Assembly: GCA_963707025.1 (NCBI GenBank)
Contig: CAVPOM010000007.1
Span: forward strand, 1 to 64,000
DNA length: 64,000 nt
Source of the DNA: an uncultured Verrucomicrobiae bacterium
Lineage (GTDB): Bacteria; Verrucomicrobiota; Verrucomicrobiia; Limisphaerales; Palsa-1400
Direction of reading: 5' to 3'
Shown piece after piece: positions 32,253-42,231 of this stretch; positions within the stretch are counted from its first letter, which is position 1, and the number at the start of each line of letters is the position of its first letter. The notes under the pieces were generated by a model. That model did no database searches, was not told the DNA's origin, and worked only from the letters and a program-made list of their open reading frames with translations. Both the position numbers and the translations under genes were made by a program.

Positions 32253-33818
32253 GTGAGTATGAGTTTTGGCCGTGTCAATTCAGTCTTTTTAGCTGTCCTG
32301 CTCCCCGGCTTGACGGGCGCAACGCCTGTCCGGGCGGGGGATGACGGCGTCCCTTTGCCGCACCCGGCCTGGCAGGCTGGCGGGGACATCTTCCTGGCGG
32401 CGGCCGTGCCGCGCCCGTTTTACCAAACTCCGGCCTTTTATCTGGTGTGCGCGGCGGTGCTGCTGCTGGCTGGCTACGGGGGGTATTGCTGGATGGCCCG
32501 CTGGCTGCGGCGGCGTCAGCAAGAGCGGGATCAGGAATTGTTTAAATTGATTGATGAATGGACCAAGAATTTGCAGCAGGAGGTGTTGGAGCGCAAACAG
32601 GCGCAAAAAGCGCTGGTGGAAAGCCAGGAAATCGTCATGCGCCAGGAGCGCCTGGCCGCGGTGGGACAGATGGCCGCCGGCGTGGCGCACGAGTTCAACA
32701 ACATCCTCACCGTCATTCAGGGTCATGCCGCCCTGCTCCTGGACAACCCCTCCCTGGACAAGGACTCCATCCAATCCCTGACCCAAATTACTTCGGGTGT
32801 GGAACGGACGGCGAAGCTGATCCGGCAGATGCTGGCCTTCAGCCGCAAACAAGTCATGCAGCGCGAGGTGCTGGACTTGAACCACATCGCCACCAATGTC
32901 ACCGACATGCTCGGCCCGTTGCTGGGGGAAAGCATTGTGGTGCGCCTGGATCTTTCGCCCAGCCCACTCATCGTCCTGGCCGACACCACCATGATTGAGC
33001 AGATTGTCGTCAATCTGGCTGTCAATGGCCGCGACGCCATGCCGCATGGCGGCGAGTTGACCATCTCCACCCGCAAGGTCAATCTGACCGAGGCCGATGT
33101 CCGGGCCAAAGCCGAGCGCCGCGCCGGCCAGTTCGCCCGCCTCAGCGTGACCGACACGGGATGCGGCATGGATGCCGCTGTGATTGACCATCTTTTCGAA
33201 CCGTTTTTCACCACCAAGGAAGTAGGCAAAGGCGTGGGCCTGGGCCTGGCCACCGTCTATGGCATGGTCAAACAGCACCAGGGCTGGATCGAGGTGGAAA
33301 GCCAGCCCGGCAAAGGCGCTTGTTTCCACATCACCCTGCCCTTCACTGGCAAGCGGGCCGAAGATCCGGCCGGGCGCGGGCCTCTGTCCTCGGTGCAAGG
33401 CGGCAAAGAAATCATCCTGGTCGTCGAGGATGAAATAGCCCTGCGCGAACTGGTGCGGGAAATTCTGGAAGGCCACGGCTACCACGTTTTGGAAGCCGGC
33501 TCCGGCGTGGAGGCGCTCCGCCTCTGGGAGGCCCAGGACCACAAAGTGGATCTCCTCCTCAGTGACATCGTCATGCCCGAAGGCATGTCTGGCCGGGAAC
33601 TGGCCGAACATCTCCAGAAAGCGGACCCCTGTCTGCCGGTCATTCTCACCAGCGGTTACAGCCAGGATATGATTGAGCGGGAGACGGTGCTGGATAACAG
33701 GATCAAGTTTTTCTCCAAACCCTATCACCCCGCCCAATTGGCCCAGGCCGTGCGCGACTGCCTGGACGCCCGCCACAGAAATGGCGACCGCGCCAAGGAT
33801 GTCGCCCTGCGGGCCTGA
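32253..33818 (+). CDS. Hybrid sensor histidine kinase / receiver (CckA-like)
   Basis: AGVAHEFNNIL, NLAVNGRDAM, FEPFFTTKEVGKGVGLGL and a C-terminal REC domain (VVEDE, LSDIVMP, KPY). Confidence 0.93.
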   Translation: MSMSFGRVNSVFLAVLLPGLTGATPVRAGDDGVPLPHPAWQAGGDIFLAAAVPRPFYQTPAFYLVCAAVLLLAGYGGYCWMARWLRRRQQERDQELFKLIDEWTKNLQQEVLERKQAQKALVESQEIVMRQERLAAVGQMAAGVAHEFNNILTVIQGHAALLLDNPSLDKDSIQSLTQITSGVERTAKLIRQMLAFSRKQVMQREVLDLNHIATNVTDMLGPLLGESIVVRLDLSPSPLIVLADTTMIEQIVVNLAVNGRDAMPHGGELTISTRKVNLTEADVRAKAERRAGQFARLSVTDTGCGMDAAVIDHLFEPFFTTKEVGKGVGLGLATVYGMVKQHQGWIEVESQPGKGACFHITLPFTGKRAEDPAGRGPLSSVQGGKEIILVVEDEIALRELVREILEGHGYHVLEAGSGVEALRLWEAQDHKVDLLLSDIVMPEGMSGRELAEHLQKADPCLPVILTSGYSQDMIERETVLDNRIKFFSKPYHPAQLAQAVRDCLDARHRNGDRAKDVALRA

Positions 33819-33821
33819 GGC

Positions 33822-36248
33822 TCACGGCCCCCGCAAAGTCAGGGTGGCGAAAATGGAGTTGGCCGTGTAATTGTTGGCTCCTCCGCTGGTCGGCTCCGCA
33901 TAATAATAATACCCATACTGCAGCTTGGCGGTGACGCGCTTTCCGAAACGGCGCGCCAGGCCGGCCGCCACCGCGTGTTGCCCGTACTCGATGCCCACCG
34001 GCATTCCGGCCGCATAATTGTTCTGGCCATAATCGGCCGCCGAGTAGGAATAGTTGGCGAACAGGTCGGTGTTCCGACCCAGGGAATAAGTGCCGTTGGC
34101 CAATACGCTGTAAATATCGCCGCGGTACGGAACCACCGCGGGCAGGCCATTGGCCGCGCTGATGGAGGTGGTGGGCTGGTAGGAGAAGCTGGCCGAGAGG
34201 CAGAGCCGGGGGCACGGCGTCAGCGTCGTGTTGATGGCATAAATCTGCGAAACATACTCGCCGGCGGCAATGGCGCCGCCCGGCGATATGCCGCCCTTGG
34301 CAGGGTCGGCGTCGGTCACGGTCGAATAGCCGGTGGTCAAGTATTGCCAGGACAAGGTGGATTTGAGCCAGGAGCAGGGATGTAAAACCAGTTTCGTTTC
34401 GATTTCATCGGTGAGCAGATCGCGCTCGCGGATGAACCCGGGATAGCCGATGGGCAGGGGCGCATTGCGGATGTCTTGATACTGGCTGTCGTTCTCATAG
34501 CGGCGGTAATGGGCGCTGAAGGAAACTCTCCGCCACGGCGAAGTGTTCAAGCCCAAGCGGAAGTCGGTCATTTGGCTGGCAAAGGCGGCGTTCTGGATAA
34601 AATCGTTGACCGGCTGCAGGTCGTAGTCGGACTGGCCGATGCTCTGCTGTTGCAAGCGCGCATCGGCGAACAGCACGGTATAGGGGATCCGGCTGTAGCG
34701 CAGGGCGGCGCTTTCCGAGACGGAAGCTTCGTCGTAATCCGAGGAGAGCGTGGAGAGGGCGAGCGGGCCGCTGGCGGGGGCCAGGGCGGTGCCGTTGGTA
34801 TAGATCGGATTCAGCAAGGCGCCGTCGCCGCCGAAACCGTGCTGGCGGGTCCACTCGCTTTCCACGCCGGCGGAGAAAGTCAACCCGTCAAACGGACCGA
34901 GCAGGCCGTTGGCGTTAAAGACATGCGACCGCTTTTCCAGGGTAATCTGCGGGACCACGTCCATCAAGGCGAGGTTGTTGTTGACGGTGGCATCCGTGAA
35001 GGAGGCATCGGAATTCAATCTGCTGTAGAGATAACCGGCGGAGCCGAAAAACCAATCGGTGAACTTCTTCTCCAACCGGAGGGTATTGGCCCCCTGAAAA
35101 TAACTGTTGCCTTCATGGGCGTTTTCCGTGGCGCTGTCGCGGGCGTCCAGGTTGGTGTAATGCGTGTTGAGGTTGTAAAACTCGCCGCGAAACCGTTCCG
35201 CGATGGCCACTCCGGCGACTTCATCCTCCAGGTCGAATTTGATGATGTTGACCTCCTCGTGGATATCCTTGCTGGCCGGGGCAAAATTGCGGCCGCCCCC
35301 GCCCGCGAAGGCGTTCCAATCGGTGGTCGCTTCCGACCCGTCCTTGTAATCCTGTTCGTAGCCCAACACCATTTGCGGCCAGTTCGGCAGGGTCAGGCCC
35401 AAATCCACCCAGGCCTTTCCGAGATCCAGGTGCAGATCACTCCCCAGGCTGGGAGCCGCCCGGCTCAACAACGGATCATAGCCGCCCGTGCCATCGAAAT
35501 ACTTCCGATACTGCTCCCAGCCGGACTGGATGAAGCCCAGATCGTTCTTGCGCAGGGAAAGGTCTAATTTGTAATCGTCCGCCAAGGCATGGCCGGCGAG
35601 GGCCAGCCGGGTGTCGGGCCCGGGGTGCTCGACCAAATCCAGTTGGCCCAGCCCGCCGTTGACCCCGTCCTTCTGCCAGTATTGTTCGCGAAACTTTTGG
35701 GCGTCTCCGCTGACAGCCGTGCCGCCGATGACGGGAGAGAGGGAGTAAGTGAACTTGTCCGCGGGCGCGCCGGCCTCCCAAGCCGCTCCCTGGTCAATCC
35801 AGGCGCGCAACAACCCGATTTGGACGGGAGTAAGAGGATCGCCCTTGCCGGGCGGCGGCATTTCCAAGTCCGGCACCAATTGGGCGACGTTATGGATCAG
35901 CGGACTTTTGGCGCTGGCCCCGGGGAGAATATCCACCCCGTTGTCGCCGCCCTTGAGGGCGTCCGGGCGATTGTCAAGACGAAATCGGCTCCGCGGTTTT
36001 TCCGGGCCGTGGCAGCGGATGCAGGACGCGCTCAGGATGGGCTTGATATCCCGGGCGAAATCAACCGTGACGGCGGCAGCCGGCGGCAGATTGGATTCAT
36101 CAATTTGGGCGGCGGCGGGAGCCGGGCGGAACAGGACGAGCAAAAGGCAGGCGCCCGCCGTCCAACCCCCGCCATGCCAGGCGGGGTGCGGCCAGGGAGG
36201 CCTGGGCCGGGCGCAGGCGTTTCCAGAATGAGCGCGCCGGCCTTTCAA
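33822..36248 (-). CDS. MtrB/PioB-like outer-membrane beta-barrel with an N-terminal Planctomycete-type monoheme cytochrome c domain
   Basis: VDFARDIKPIL..CIRCHG..FRLD..MPP..RAWIDQGA, then VSGDAQKFREQY and ~620 aa of amphipathic beta strands. Overlaps the stop codon of the multiheme cytochrome gene. Confidence 0.75.
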   Translation of the reverse strand: MKGRRAHSGNACARPRPPWPHPAWHGGGWTAGACLLLVLFRPAPAAAQIDESNLPPAAAVTVDFARDIKPILSASCIRCHGPEKPRSRFRLDNRPDALKGGDNGVDILPGASAKSPLIHNVAQLVPDLEMPPPGKGDPLTPVQIGLLRAWIDQGAAWEAGAPADKFTYSLSPVIGGTAVSGDAQKFREQYWQKDGVNGGLGQLDLVEHPGPDTRLALAGHALADDYKLDLSLRKNDLGFIQSGWEQYRKYFDGTGGYDPLLSRAAPSLGSDLHLDLGKAWVDLGLTLPNWPQMVLGYEQDYKDGSEATTDWNAFAGGGGRNFAPASKDIHEEVNIIKFDLEDEVAGVAIAERFRGEFYNLNTHYTNLDARDSATENAHEGNSYFQGANTLRLEKKFTDWFFGSAGYLYSRLNSDASFTDATVNNNLALMDVVPQITLEKRSHVFNANGLLGPFDGLTFSAGVESEWTRQHGFGGDGALLNPIYTNGTALAPASGPLALSTLSSDYDEASVSESAALRYSRIPYTVLFADARLQQQSIGQSDYDLQPVNDFIQNAAFASQMTDFRLGLNTSPWRRVSFSAHYRRYENDSQYQDIRNAPLPIGYPGFIRERDLLTDEIETKLVLHPCSWLKSTLSWQYLTTGYSTVTDADPAKGGISPGGAIAAGEYVSQIYAINTTLTPCPRLCLSASFSYQPTTSISAANGLPAVVPYRGDIYSVLANGTYSLGRNTDLFANYSYSAADYGQNNYAAGMPVGIEYGQHAVAAGLARRFGKRVTAKLQYGYYYYAEPTSGGANNYTANSIFATLTLRGP

Positions 36249-37054
36249 TAGAGGTAGAAGGGTTGAGTGTTGGAGCCGTGAATCGCGGTATGGCAGCCGG
36301 CCGTCCAGCAGGTGCCGTAACGGAGGAAACCGCTGTGGTCAACATTGCCGATAAAGAGCCGGCCCGGAGCCGCCCCCGGCCCCGGCACCTGGGCGTGGCA
36401 GCGCAGACACAGGTTGGCATCGCGCACCGTCAGCAGTTTGGGGTTGACCGAGCCGTGCGGATTGTGGCAACTGGCGCAACCTTCGCGCAACGCCGGATGC
36501 TCGAAAACCACCGGCTTGGTTTGTTCGCGGTGGCATTGGGCGCACGCTTCGTTCAACCGCGCCATGGCCAGTCCGCCCGCCGGCTTCAGGATGTCCTGGC
36601 CGTGGGGATCGTGGCATTGCACGCAGTTCATCTTGCCTTCGGTGACGGGATGGTGCTGGGGCAGATGGAATTCAGCCTGGATATCCAAGTGACATTGGAA
36701 ACAGGCGGCCGGGTCCTTGCCCGGATTGACAATGAAATTTACGCCCATCGCTCCCGTGGCCGCGTGTTTGCTGCCCGGGCCGTGGCAGGATTCGCAACCG
36801 TTCTGGCCCGCCATTTGCGATTGCTCCAGACGCAATCGGGCGTGGGGACTGGCCGGAAAAACCCGGGCAATCCCGGCGTGACAGTAGGCGCAGGCCTTGT
36901 CGCCGACAAAAGTTGCGCCCTCAATTTGCGGGGGAGCAAACACGGTCCCGCCCCCGGTGGAGCAGGAATTGAGCAACACAGCCAAGGCGCCGAGACCCGA
37001 GGCCAGCGCCAGCGCGGCGCGCCACCCCAGGCTTTTCGCTGTGGCAAAGCGCAT
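36245..37054 (-). CDS. Multiheme c-type cytochrome lipoprotein (DmsE/MtrA-like, 7 CxxCH + 1 CxxxxCH)
   Basis: Lipobox LLNSC. Heme motifs CAYCH, CESCH, CFQCH, CVQCH, CAQCH, CASCH, CLRCH, CWTAGCH. Terminal IHGSN. Confidence 0.9.
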   Translation of the reverse strand: MRFATAKSLGWRAALALASGLGALAVLLNSCSTGGGTVFAPPQIEGATFVGDKACAYCHAGIARVFPASPHARLRLEQSQMAGQNGCESCHGPGSKHAATGAMGVNFIVNPGKDPAACFQCHLDIQAEFHLPQHHPVTEGKMNCVQCHDPHGQDILKPAGGLAMARLNEACAQCHREQTKPVVFEHPALREGCASCHNPHGSVNPKLLTVRDANLCLRCHAQVPGPGAAPGRLFIGNVDHSGFLRYGTCWTAGCHTAIHGSNTQPFYLY

Positions 37055-38076
37055 CAAGGGTTTGCCTGGCGAACGACCCGGTAATAGGCGGCGGCGCCTG
37101 CCGGCGCAGGGTCCGCAAAATGAACCGAGGCGGTGGAGGCGAGGTTGGTCAGAACCGGCGTCCAATTAATCAAGTTGGTGGACCTTTGGATCACATAAGA
37201 AAGTCCCACATTGGCGCTATAATTGAAGGAGAAATGGCTGGAGAGGACGGCGGGCGCGGAGTTGGAGACGGCGACCGGCGCAACCACGCTGACATTGACC
37301 ACCGCGGAAGTGGTGGAAATGCCCGCCGCGGTGGCGACGGCCGTGAGGGAGTAATTGCCGGCGGCCAGGCTGCTCCCGATCACGCTAAACGGGCTGGCCT
37401 GGGCTGAACCCAACAAGGTGGCGCCGGCAAAAAAGGCGACGTTGGTGACCGCGCCGGCGCTGACCGCGGCGCTGGCCCCCAGTTTCAGATTCGCCGGTGC
37501 GGCGAACACGGCTCCGGCGACCGGATTGGTGATGCTCACGGTTGGCGCAGGAGGTGTGACGGCGCCGGAGGTGGAGCGGGTGTAGGTGAAGCCGGCGCCC
37601 TGGTGGGTCCAGGAGCTGAACTCCACGGCAACGTAAATGTCGTCGGATTTGATATGGAGAACCAACGGGTTGTTCGGCAGGCTTAAGGACAAATCCCCGC
37701 CCTGCATCCCGCCAATCGCGTTGGCCCAGGTATCGTAGGTAAGGCTGGCGTAGTCGGTGATATCGCCAAAAGCCCATTCCGTATTCTCCGGGCTGGTATC
37801 GCCATTGTAAGAGGTCTCATTATAGGGAGGCGCGGCGTTGAACGGGGGGTGGTCCGTCCCGCGTGTAAACCAGACATCCGCTGTAATCTGGTCCACATTG
37901 GCGAGTTGTTCCGCCGCGGGCACACTGGTACTAAACGCGGCGGGTTGCGTGTAGTTGGTCGCGGGACCCATCCAGACTGTGGAGGCCTGGGCCAGCGGTG
38001 CGGTCAAGGTCATTAATATCAATCCTGCAGTTCGCAGAAAGCAGGCCGACAGAGCAAGATTCTTATTTTCATTCAT
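37054..38076 (-). CDS. Secreted protein with a bacterial Ig-like domain and a C-terminal STNL-W/YYR domain
   Basis: Signal peptide ending APLAQA, DQITADVWFTRG domain, PTVSITNP..VTNVAFF..GNYSLTAVAT Ig domain, YVIQRSTNLINW...YYRV. Confidence 0.75.
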   Translation of the reverse strand: MNENKNLALSACFLRTAGLILMTLTAPLAQASTVWMGPATNYTQPAAFSTSVPAAEQLANVDQITADVWFTRGTDHPPFNAAPPYNETSYNGDTSPENTEWAFGDITDYASLTYDTWANAIGGMQGGDLSLSLPNNPLVLHIKSDDIYVAVEFSSWTHQGAGFTYTRSTSGAVTPPAPTVSITNPVAGAVFAAPANLKLGASAAVSAGAVTNVAFFAGATLLGSAQASPFSVIGSSLAAGNYSLTAVATAAGISTTSAVVNVSVVAPVAVSNSAPAVLSSHFSFNYSANVGLSYVIQRSTNLINWTPVLTNLASTASVHFADPAPAGAAAYYRVVRQANP

Positions 38077-38574
38077 ATCGGGTGAGATGAAATTATACCG
38101 GATTTGTTCCTGAGATTTCAAGCTTTTTCCGAACCAAACTGTCCTCCGGCCCGTCCTGCTTCCAAAACGGCGGGGCCGGTGGAAAGTTCCCCTCCCGCTG
38201 GCGATTATTGGCCTCTCCCGGCGATGATCCCCGCCCACCTCGGCGCGATCCAGCGCGTGATGGGCACCTGTCCGCACCGGACCGCCTTGGAAACCCGGCC
38301 CAACCGGAGCCGAACCCGCAGGGCCCGTGCCCGCCATACGCCGGGAGCGGGTAAATTCCCGGCGCTCCGATGCAGGCACGGACCCACCCCAAAGGCTGGT
38401 TGCCGTCTCCTTCTCATCACACACCTCTCCCTTACGACGGGCCACCCGCTCATTTGTTCCAAAATAAACCTCGCTTTTTCAGCGGCCTGTTGGGACATTG
38501 GATGCCATCACGCCCTTCATTAAGTCTTCTTGGAACTTTTTGCAGGTTCGTGACTCATAATTACACACGGCTGT

Positions 38575-39099
38575 ATGCCAAGTCCGGATTTTGAAACCGT
38601 GGTGGCTGGCTATTATGAGCCGCTTTACCGGTTCGCCATCAGCTTGACGCGCTCGGAACCCGATGCCTGCGACCTGGTGCAGCAAACCTTTTATATGTGG
38701 GCGGCCAAAGGCCATCAATTGCGCGATCCGTCAAAAGTCAAATCCTGGCTGTTCACCACCCTGCATCGCGCCTTTCTCGAATCGCGCCGCGTCCTCACCC
38801 GCTTTCCTCATACCGAGTTGACGGACACTGAGCCTGACCTGCCCGTCATCCTGCCCGAAGCCGCCCGCCAATTGGACGCCACCCGGGCGGTCGAGGCCCT
38901 GAACCAGGTGGACGAGGTTTACCGCGCGCCGGTGGCGCTCTTTTACCTGGAAGACAGTTCTTACCAGGAGATTGCCGATATTCTGGAAGTGCCCATCGGC
39001 ACCGTCAAATCCCGCATGGCCCGAGGCTTGGCCCAACTCAAACACATCTTCGCCGGCAGCCGCCCGGCCCGCAGCAAACCCGGAGGCCCCCGTGAATAG
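38575..39099 (+). CDS. ECF RNA polymerase sigma factor
   Basis: DACDLVQQTF, KSWLFTTL, SYQEIADILEVPIGTVKSRMARG. Confidence 0.93.
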   Translation: MPSPDFETVVAGYYEPLYRFAISLTRSEPDACDLVQQTFYMWAAKGHQLRDPSKVKSWLFTTLHRAFLESRRVLTRFPHTELTDTEPDLPVILPEAARQLDATRAVEALNQVDEVYRAPVALFYLEDSSYQEIADILEVPIGTVKSRMARGLAQLKHIFAGSRPARSKPGGPRE

Positions 39100-39850
39100 T
39101 CCCGAAGCCAGGGAAATCCTCGCCCTCTTCCGACCGGGCACCGCTGACGAACAGGACCCGTCCTTTTACCAGGCCCGGCAACTGGCCAAAACCGACCCGG
39201 ACCTGGCGCGCTGGTTCGAGCAACATTGCCAGGCTTATCTGGTCCTGCGCCGCCAATTGCAAGCCATCCCCATCCCACCGGGCTTGCGCGAGCAAATCCT
39301 CTCCGAACGAAAAATCCAGCGTCCGCTTTTCCAAAGTTATTGGGGTCCCCTTCTGGCCGTGGCCGCCGTCGTGGCCTTGCTCATCGGCATTGAGTCCGGC
39401 TTCTGGCCGCTCCGCAACCCGGCCGACCGCTATTCGGCCTATCGCAAACGCATGACCGAATCCGCCCTGCGCATTTACTCCATGGATTTGACCGCGCCAG
39501 ACATGGCCTCGGTCCGCAACTTCCTCCAGGAGAAAAACGCCCCAACCGACTTCTCCCTGCCGGCCGGACTGCAGACCGCCGCCGTCGCCGGCTGCATGGT
39601 TTCCAGTTGGCAAGGCGGCCCGGTTTCCATGATCTGCTTCAAATCCGGCCGCCCCCTGTCCTCCGGCGATCAAAGCGATCTCTGGCTTTTTGTGACCGAC
39701 CGAAAGACCGTCCCCAATGCCCCTCCTCCGGGGCCGCCGGTCTTTGCCCGCGTCAACAAGGCGACCACCGCCGCTTGGTCCGACGACCACAAAAGCTACC
39801 TGCTGGCCGCGGTGGGTGACGAGGCGTTCATTCGCAAATACCTTCCCTGA
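39092..39850 (+). CDS. Probable membrane anti-sigma factor
   Basis: Overlaps the sigma factor stop. Short cytoplasmic N-terminal domain, one TM helix, periplasmic domain with GC...VSMICF. Confidence 0.7.
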   Translation: MNSPEAREILALFRPGTADEQDPSFYQARQLAKTDPDLARWFEQHCQAYLVLRRQLQAIPIPPGLREQILSERKIQRPLFQSYWGPLLAVAAVVALLIGIESGFWPLRNPADRYSAYRKRMTESALRIYSMDLTAPDMASVRNFLQEKNAPTDFSLPAGLQTAAVAGCMVSSWQGGPVSMICFKSGRPLSSGDQSDLWLFVTDRKTVPNAPPPGPPVFARVNKATTAAWSDDHKSYLLAAVGDEAFIRKYLP

Positions 39851-40086
39851 GCGCCACGGGCCGGGGGGAAGGGCAAAAGGTTGAAGGCAAAATGCCCGGT
39901 TGCAGAAGCTCCGCCCATCCCCCGGCCAAGCTCCTGTTTGTCAATCAAAGTGAATCCACCGTGGCTTGGGCGCATTTTTCACAAGCTTTTTAGAATTGCC
40001 GGATTGCCCCGGAGCTTTACAATAGCCGCCATGAGTCGAATCTGCGAGATCGTCGTCCGCCCAATCCACCGCGGGAGAAGCACCCC

Positions 40087-41001
40087 ATGAAATCCCATTA
40101 CAGCCGCCGCCAATTCCTGCAACGTTCCGCCTTGGCCGCCGGCGCCCTGGCGCTGGCTCCGGGCGCGACGTTGCGCGCCCAAACCGCGGCCAAACGCACC
40201 GCGGTGGACGAGGTGACCCTCGGCCGGACCGGCCTCAAACTCAGCCGCCTCGGCATGGGCGCCGGCAGCAACAGCGGCCATGTGCAAACCGCCCTGGGCC
40301 GGGATGGGTTCGCCAAACTCATCCATTATGCTTATGACCAGGGCATCCGCTACTTCGACTGCGCCGAATCCTACGCCACCTTTGAGTGGATGGCCGAAGC
40401 CATCGAAGGGCTCCCGCGCGAGAAGCTCTTCCTTCAGTCCAAAATCGGCGGGCAACCCGCCGACGTGCTCGCGGCCATTGACCGCCATCGCAAGGTCTAT
40501 AACACCGATTATGTTGACAGCATGCTCATCCATTGCATGGTCAAAAACGGCTGGACCGGCGATTGGCGTCGCGTCATGGATGGTTTTGACCAGGCCCGGG
40601 AGAAGAAGTGGATTCGGGCCAAAGGCGTCTCCTGCCACAGCCTGCCCGCCTTGCGCGCCGCGGTCGCCTCGGATTGGACGGAGGTCCACTTGGTGCGCCT
40701 CAACCCCCAGGGCCGCCGCATGGACGGCCTGGAGGAAGTCGTCTGGTCCAGCACCGACCCCGGCCATGAGGTCGCCCCGGTTCTGGACGAATTGGAAAAA
40801 ATGCGCGCCAAAGGCCGCGGCGTCATCGGCATGAAAATCATCGGCGACGGCCAGTTCCTCAATCCGGCGGACCGCGAAAAATCCATCCGCTTCGCCATGT
40901 CCCGCCCGGAGCTGGACGCCGTCGTCATCGGCTTCAAGAGCACGGACGAAATTGACGAAGCGATCCGGCGCATGAACTCGGCGCTGGCCGCCCCGGCCTG
41001 A
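40087..41001 (+). CDS. Tat-exported aldo/keto reductase family protein
   Basis: SRRQFL twin-arginine signal, LGRTGLKLSRLGMG, YFDCAESY, LQSK, LIH, KGVSCH. Confidence 0.88.
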   Translation: MKSHYSRRQFLQRSALAAGALALAPGATLRAQTAAKRTAVDEVTLGRTGLKLSRLGMGAGSNSGHVQTALGRDGFAKLIHYAYDQGIRYFDCAESYATFEWMAEAIEGLPREKLFLQSKIGGQPADVLAAIDRHRKVYNTDYVDSMLIHCMVKNGWTGDWRRVMDGFDQAREKKWIRAKGVSCHSLPALRAAVASDWTEVHLVRLNPQGRRMDGLEEVVWSSTDPGHEVAPVLDELEKMRAKGRGVIGMKIIGDGQFLNPADREKSIRFAMSRPELDAVVIGFKSTDEIDEAIRRMNSALAAPA

Positions 41002-41146
41002 GCGCCTGTCCCGCCCCGGAACCTGGCCCCGCTTGCTCCGGCCTCACGGCTCGAACTTGACGGGGACGGAGAGATCGAAACCAGCCGCCGTCACCTCTTC
41101 GGCATTGTGGAGGACGGCGCCGGCCCTCAGCCGCAACGATGCCATT

Positions 41147-41305
41147 GAACCACGGATGAACACAGATAAACACGGATAAGGCAAGGCGATGACGGGCTTT
41201 TCCCCGGGGCTGGACAGAGCTGCCAAATCGTGAGCGAACGGAGCACGGGGAAATCTCCTTTTCTGCGCCGTAGGATCCGCGTCCATCCGTGTTCATCAGC
41301 GGTTC
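41147..41305. repeat. Inverted 10-mer repeat arms (CACGGATGAA-type)
   Basis: AACCACGGATGAACACAGATAAACACGGAT on the left and ATCCGCGTCCATCCGTGTTCATCAGCGGTT on the right. Confidence 0.7.
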
Positions 41306-41324
41306 TCCTCTGCATGGATGCGGC

Positions 41325-41717
41325 TCAGACCTTGTCCTTCTTCCGATAGGCCAGGCCCTGGAAGTGCGCGACCAGGTCGCCCTGGTCGTCCTTGATTTCC
41401 ACCGAATAGGTCCCGATTTTGAAATTCCTGGCCAGTTCCCGCGCCTCGGCCCAAAGCGTGCCCGTCCCGGCGGCTTTCATGAAGGTGATGCTGGCGTTGA
41501 CCGCCACCGCCACCGTGCCGTGCGAGTTGGCCGCCGCGGCGAAGGTGAAGTCGGCCAGTGTAAAAATGGCGCCGCCCTGCACAGTGCCGATGCCATTGAG
41601 ATGGTGCGGATGGAGCGTCATGCGGGCCGTGGCGCGGCCGGGTGAAACGGAGAGCAATTCAATATTGCATCGCCCGGCAAATTGGTCGTTGCGCAGCCGC
41701 TCTTTGACGTGTTCCAT
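41325..41717 (-). CDS. paaI: PaaI family hotdog-fold thioesterase
   Basis: HLNGIGTVQGGAIFTLADFTFAAAANSHG. Confidence 0.88.
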   Translation of the reverse strand: MEHVKERLRNDQFAGRCNIELLSVSPGRATARMTLHPHHLNGIGTVQGGAIFTLADFTFAAAANSHGTVAVAVNASITFMKAAGTGTLWAEARELARNFKIGTYSVEIKDDQGDLVAHFQGLAYRKKDKV

Positions 41718-41774
41718 GCAAGTCCTGTTCTCTGCTGTAAATTTGCGCCAAACTGTGGCGATGCCTGGCCGGGT

Positions 41775-42215
41775 TCAACCTTCGAACCGCCGGAACAACT
41801 CGGCGCTTCCCACCACGCGAATCTTGTGCTTGCGCAGCACGGCCAGGGCTTTGTCCGGGTCCTGGAAGCGGAACAGGAGCAGGCCTTTGCCGTCGCGCTG
41901 CAGGGTGAAGGCATGCATGTATTCCAGGTTGAGGCCGGCTTCTTCCAGCACCACCAGGACCCGGGCCAAAGCGCCCGGGCGGTCGGCCACTTCGATGGCC
42001 AGCACGTCGGTCACCTTCACCAGCAAACCGTTCTGCTCCAGCAGGCGTTTGGCCCCCTGCCAGTCGCGCACCAGCAGGCGCAGGATGCCGTATTGCCGGG
42101 CCTCGGCAATGCTGAGAGTGAGGATGTTGAGGTTGGCGCCCGCCAGAAGTTTGACCGGAGCGCTCAGCGCGCCCGGTTTGTTTTCCAGGAACAGGGAGAG
42201 TTGTTTGAGTTTCAT
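41775..42215 (-). CDS. Tandem ACT-domain protein
   Basis: KQLSLFLENKPGAL, DRPGAL, NLEYMHAF. Confidence 0.9.
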   Translation of the reverse strand: MKLKQLSLFLENKPGALSAPVKLLAGANLNILTLSIAEARQYGILRLLVRDWQGAKRLLEQNGLLVKVTDVLAIEVADRPGALARVLVVLEEAGLNLEYMHAFTLQRDGKGLLLFRFQDPDKALAVLRKHKIRVVGSAELFRRFEG

Positions 42216-42231
42216 GTCGAGCCGGGAAAAA

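Noticed and set aside
41044..41140. Short minus-strand peptide LRAGAVLHNAEEVTAAGFDLSVPVKFEP as a gene remnant
   Set aside because: Protein-like but too short to assign without a search.
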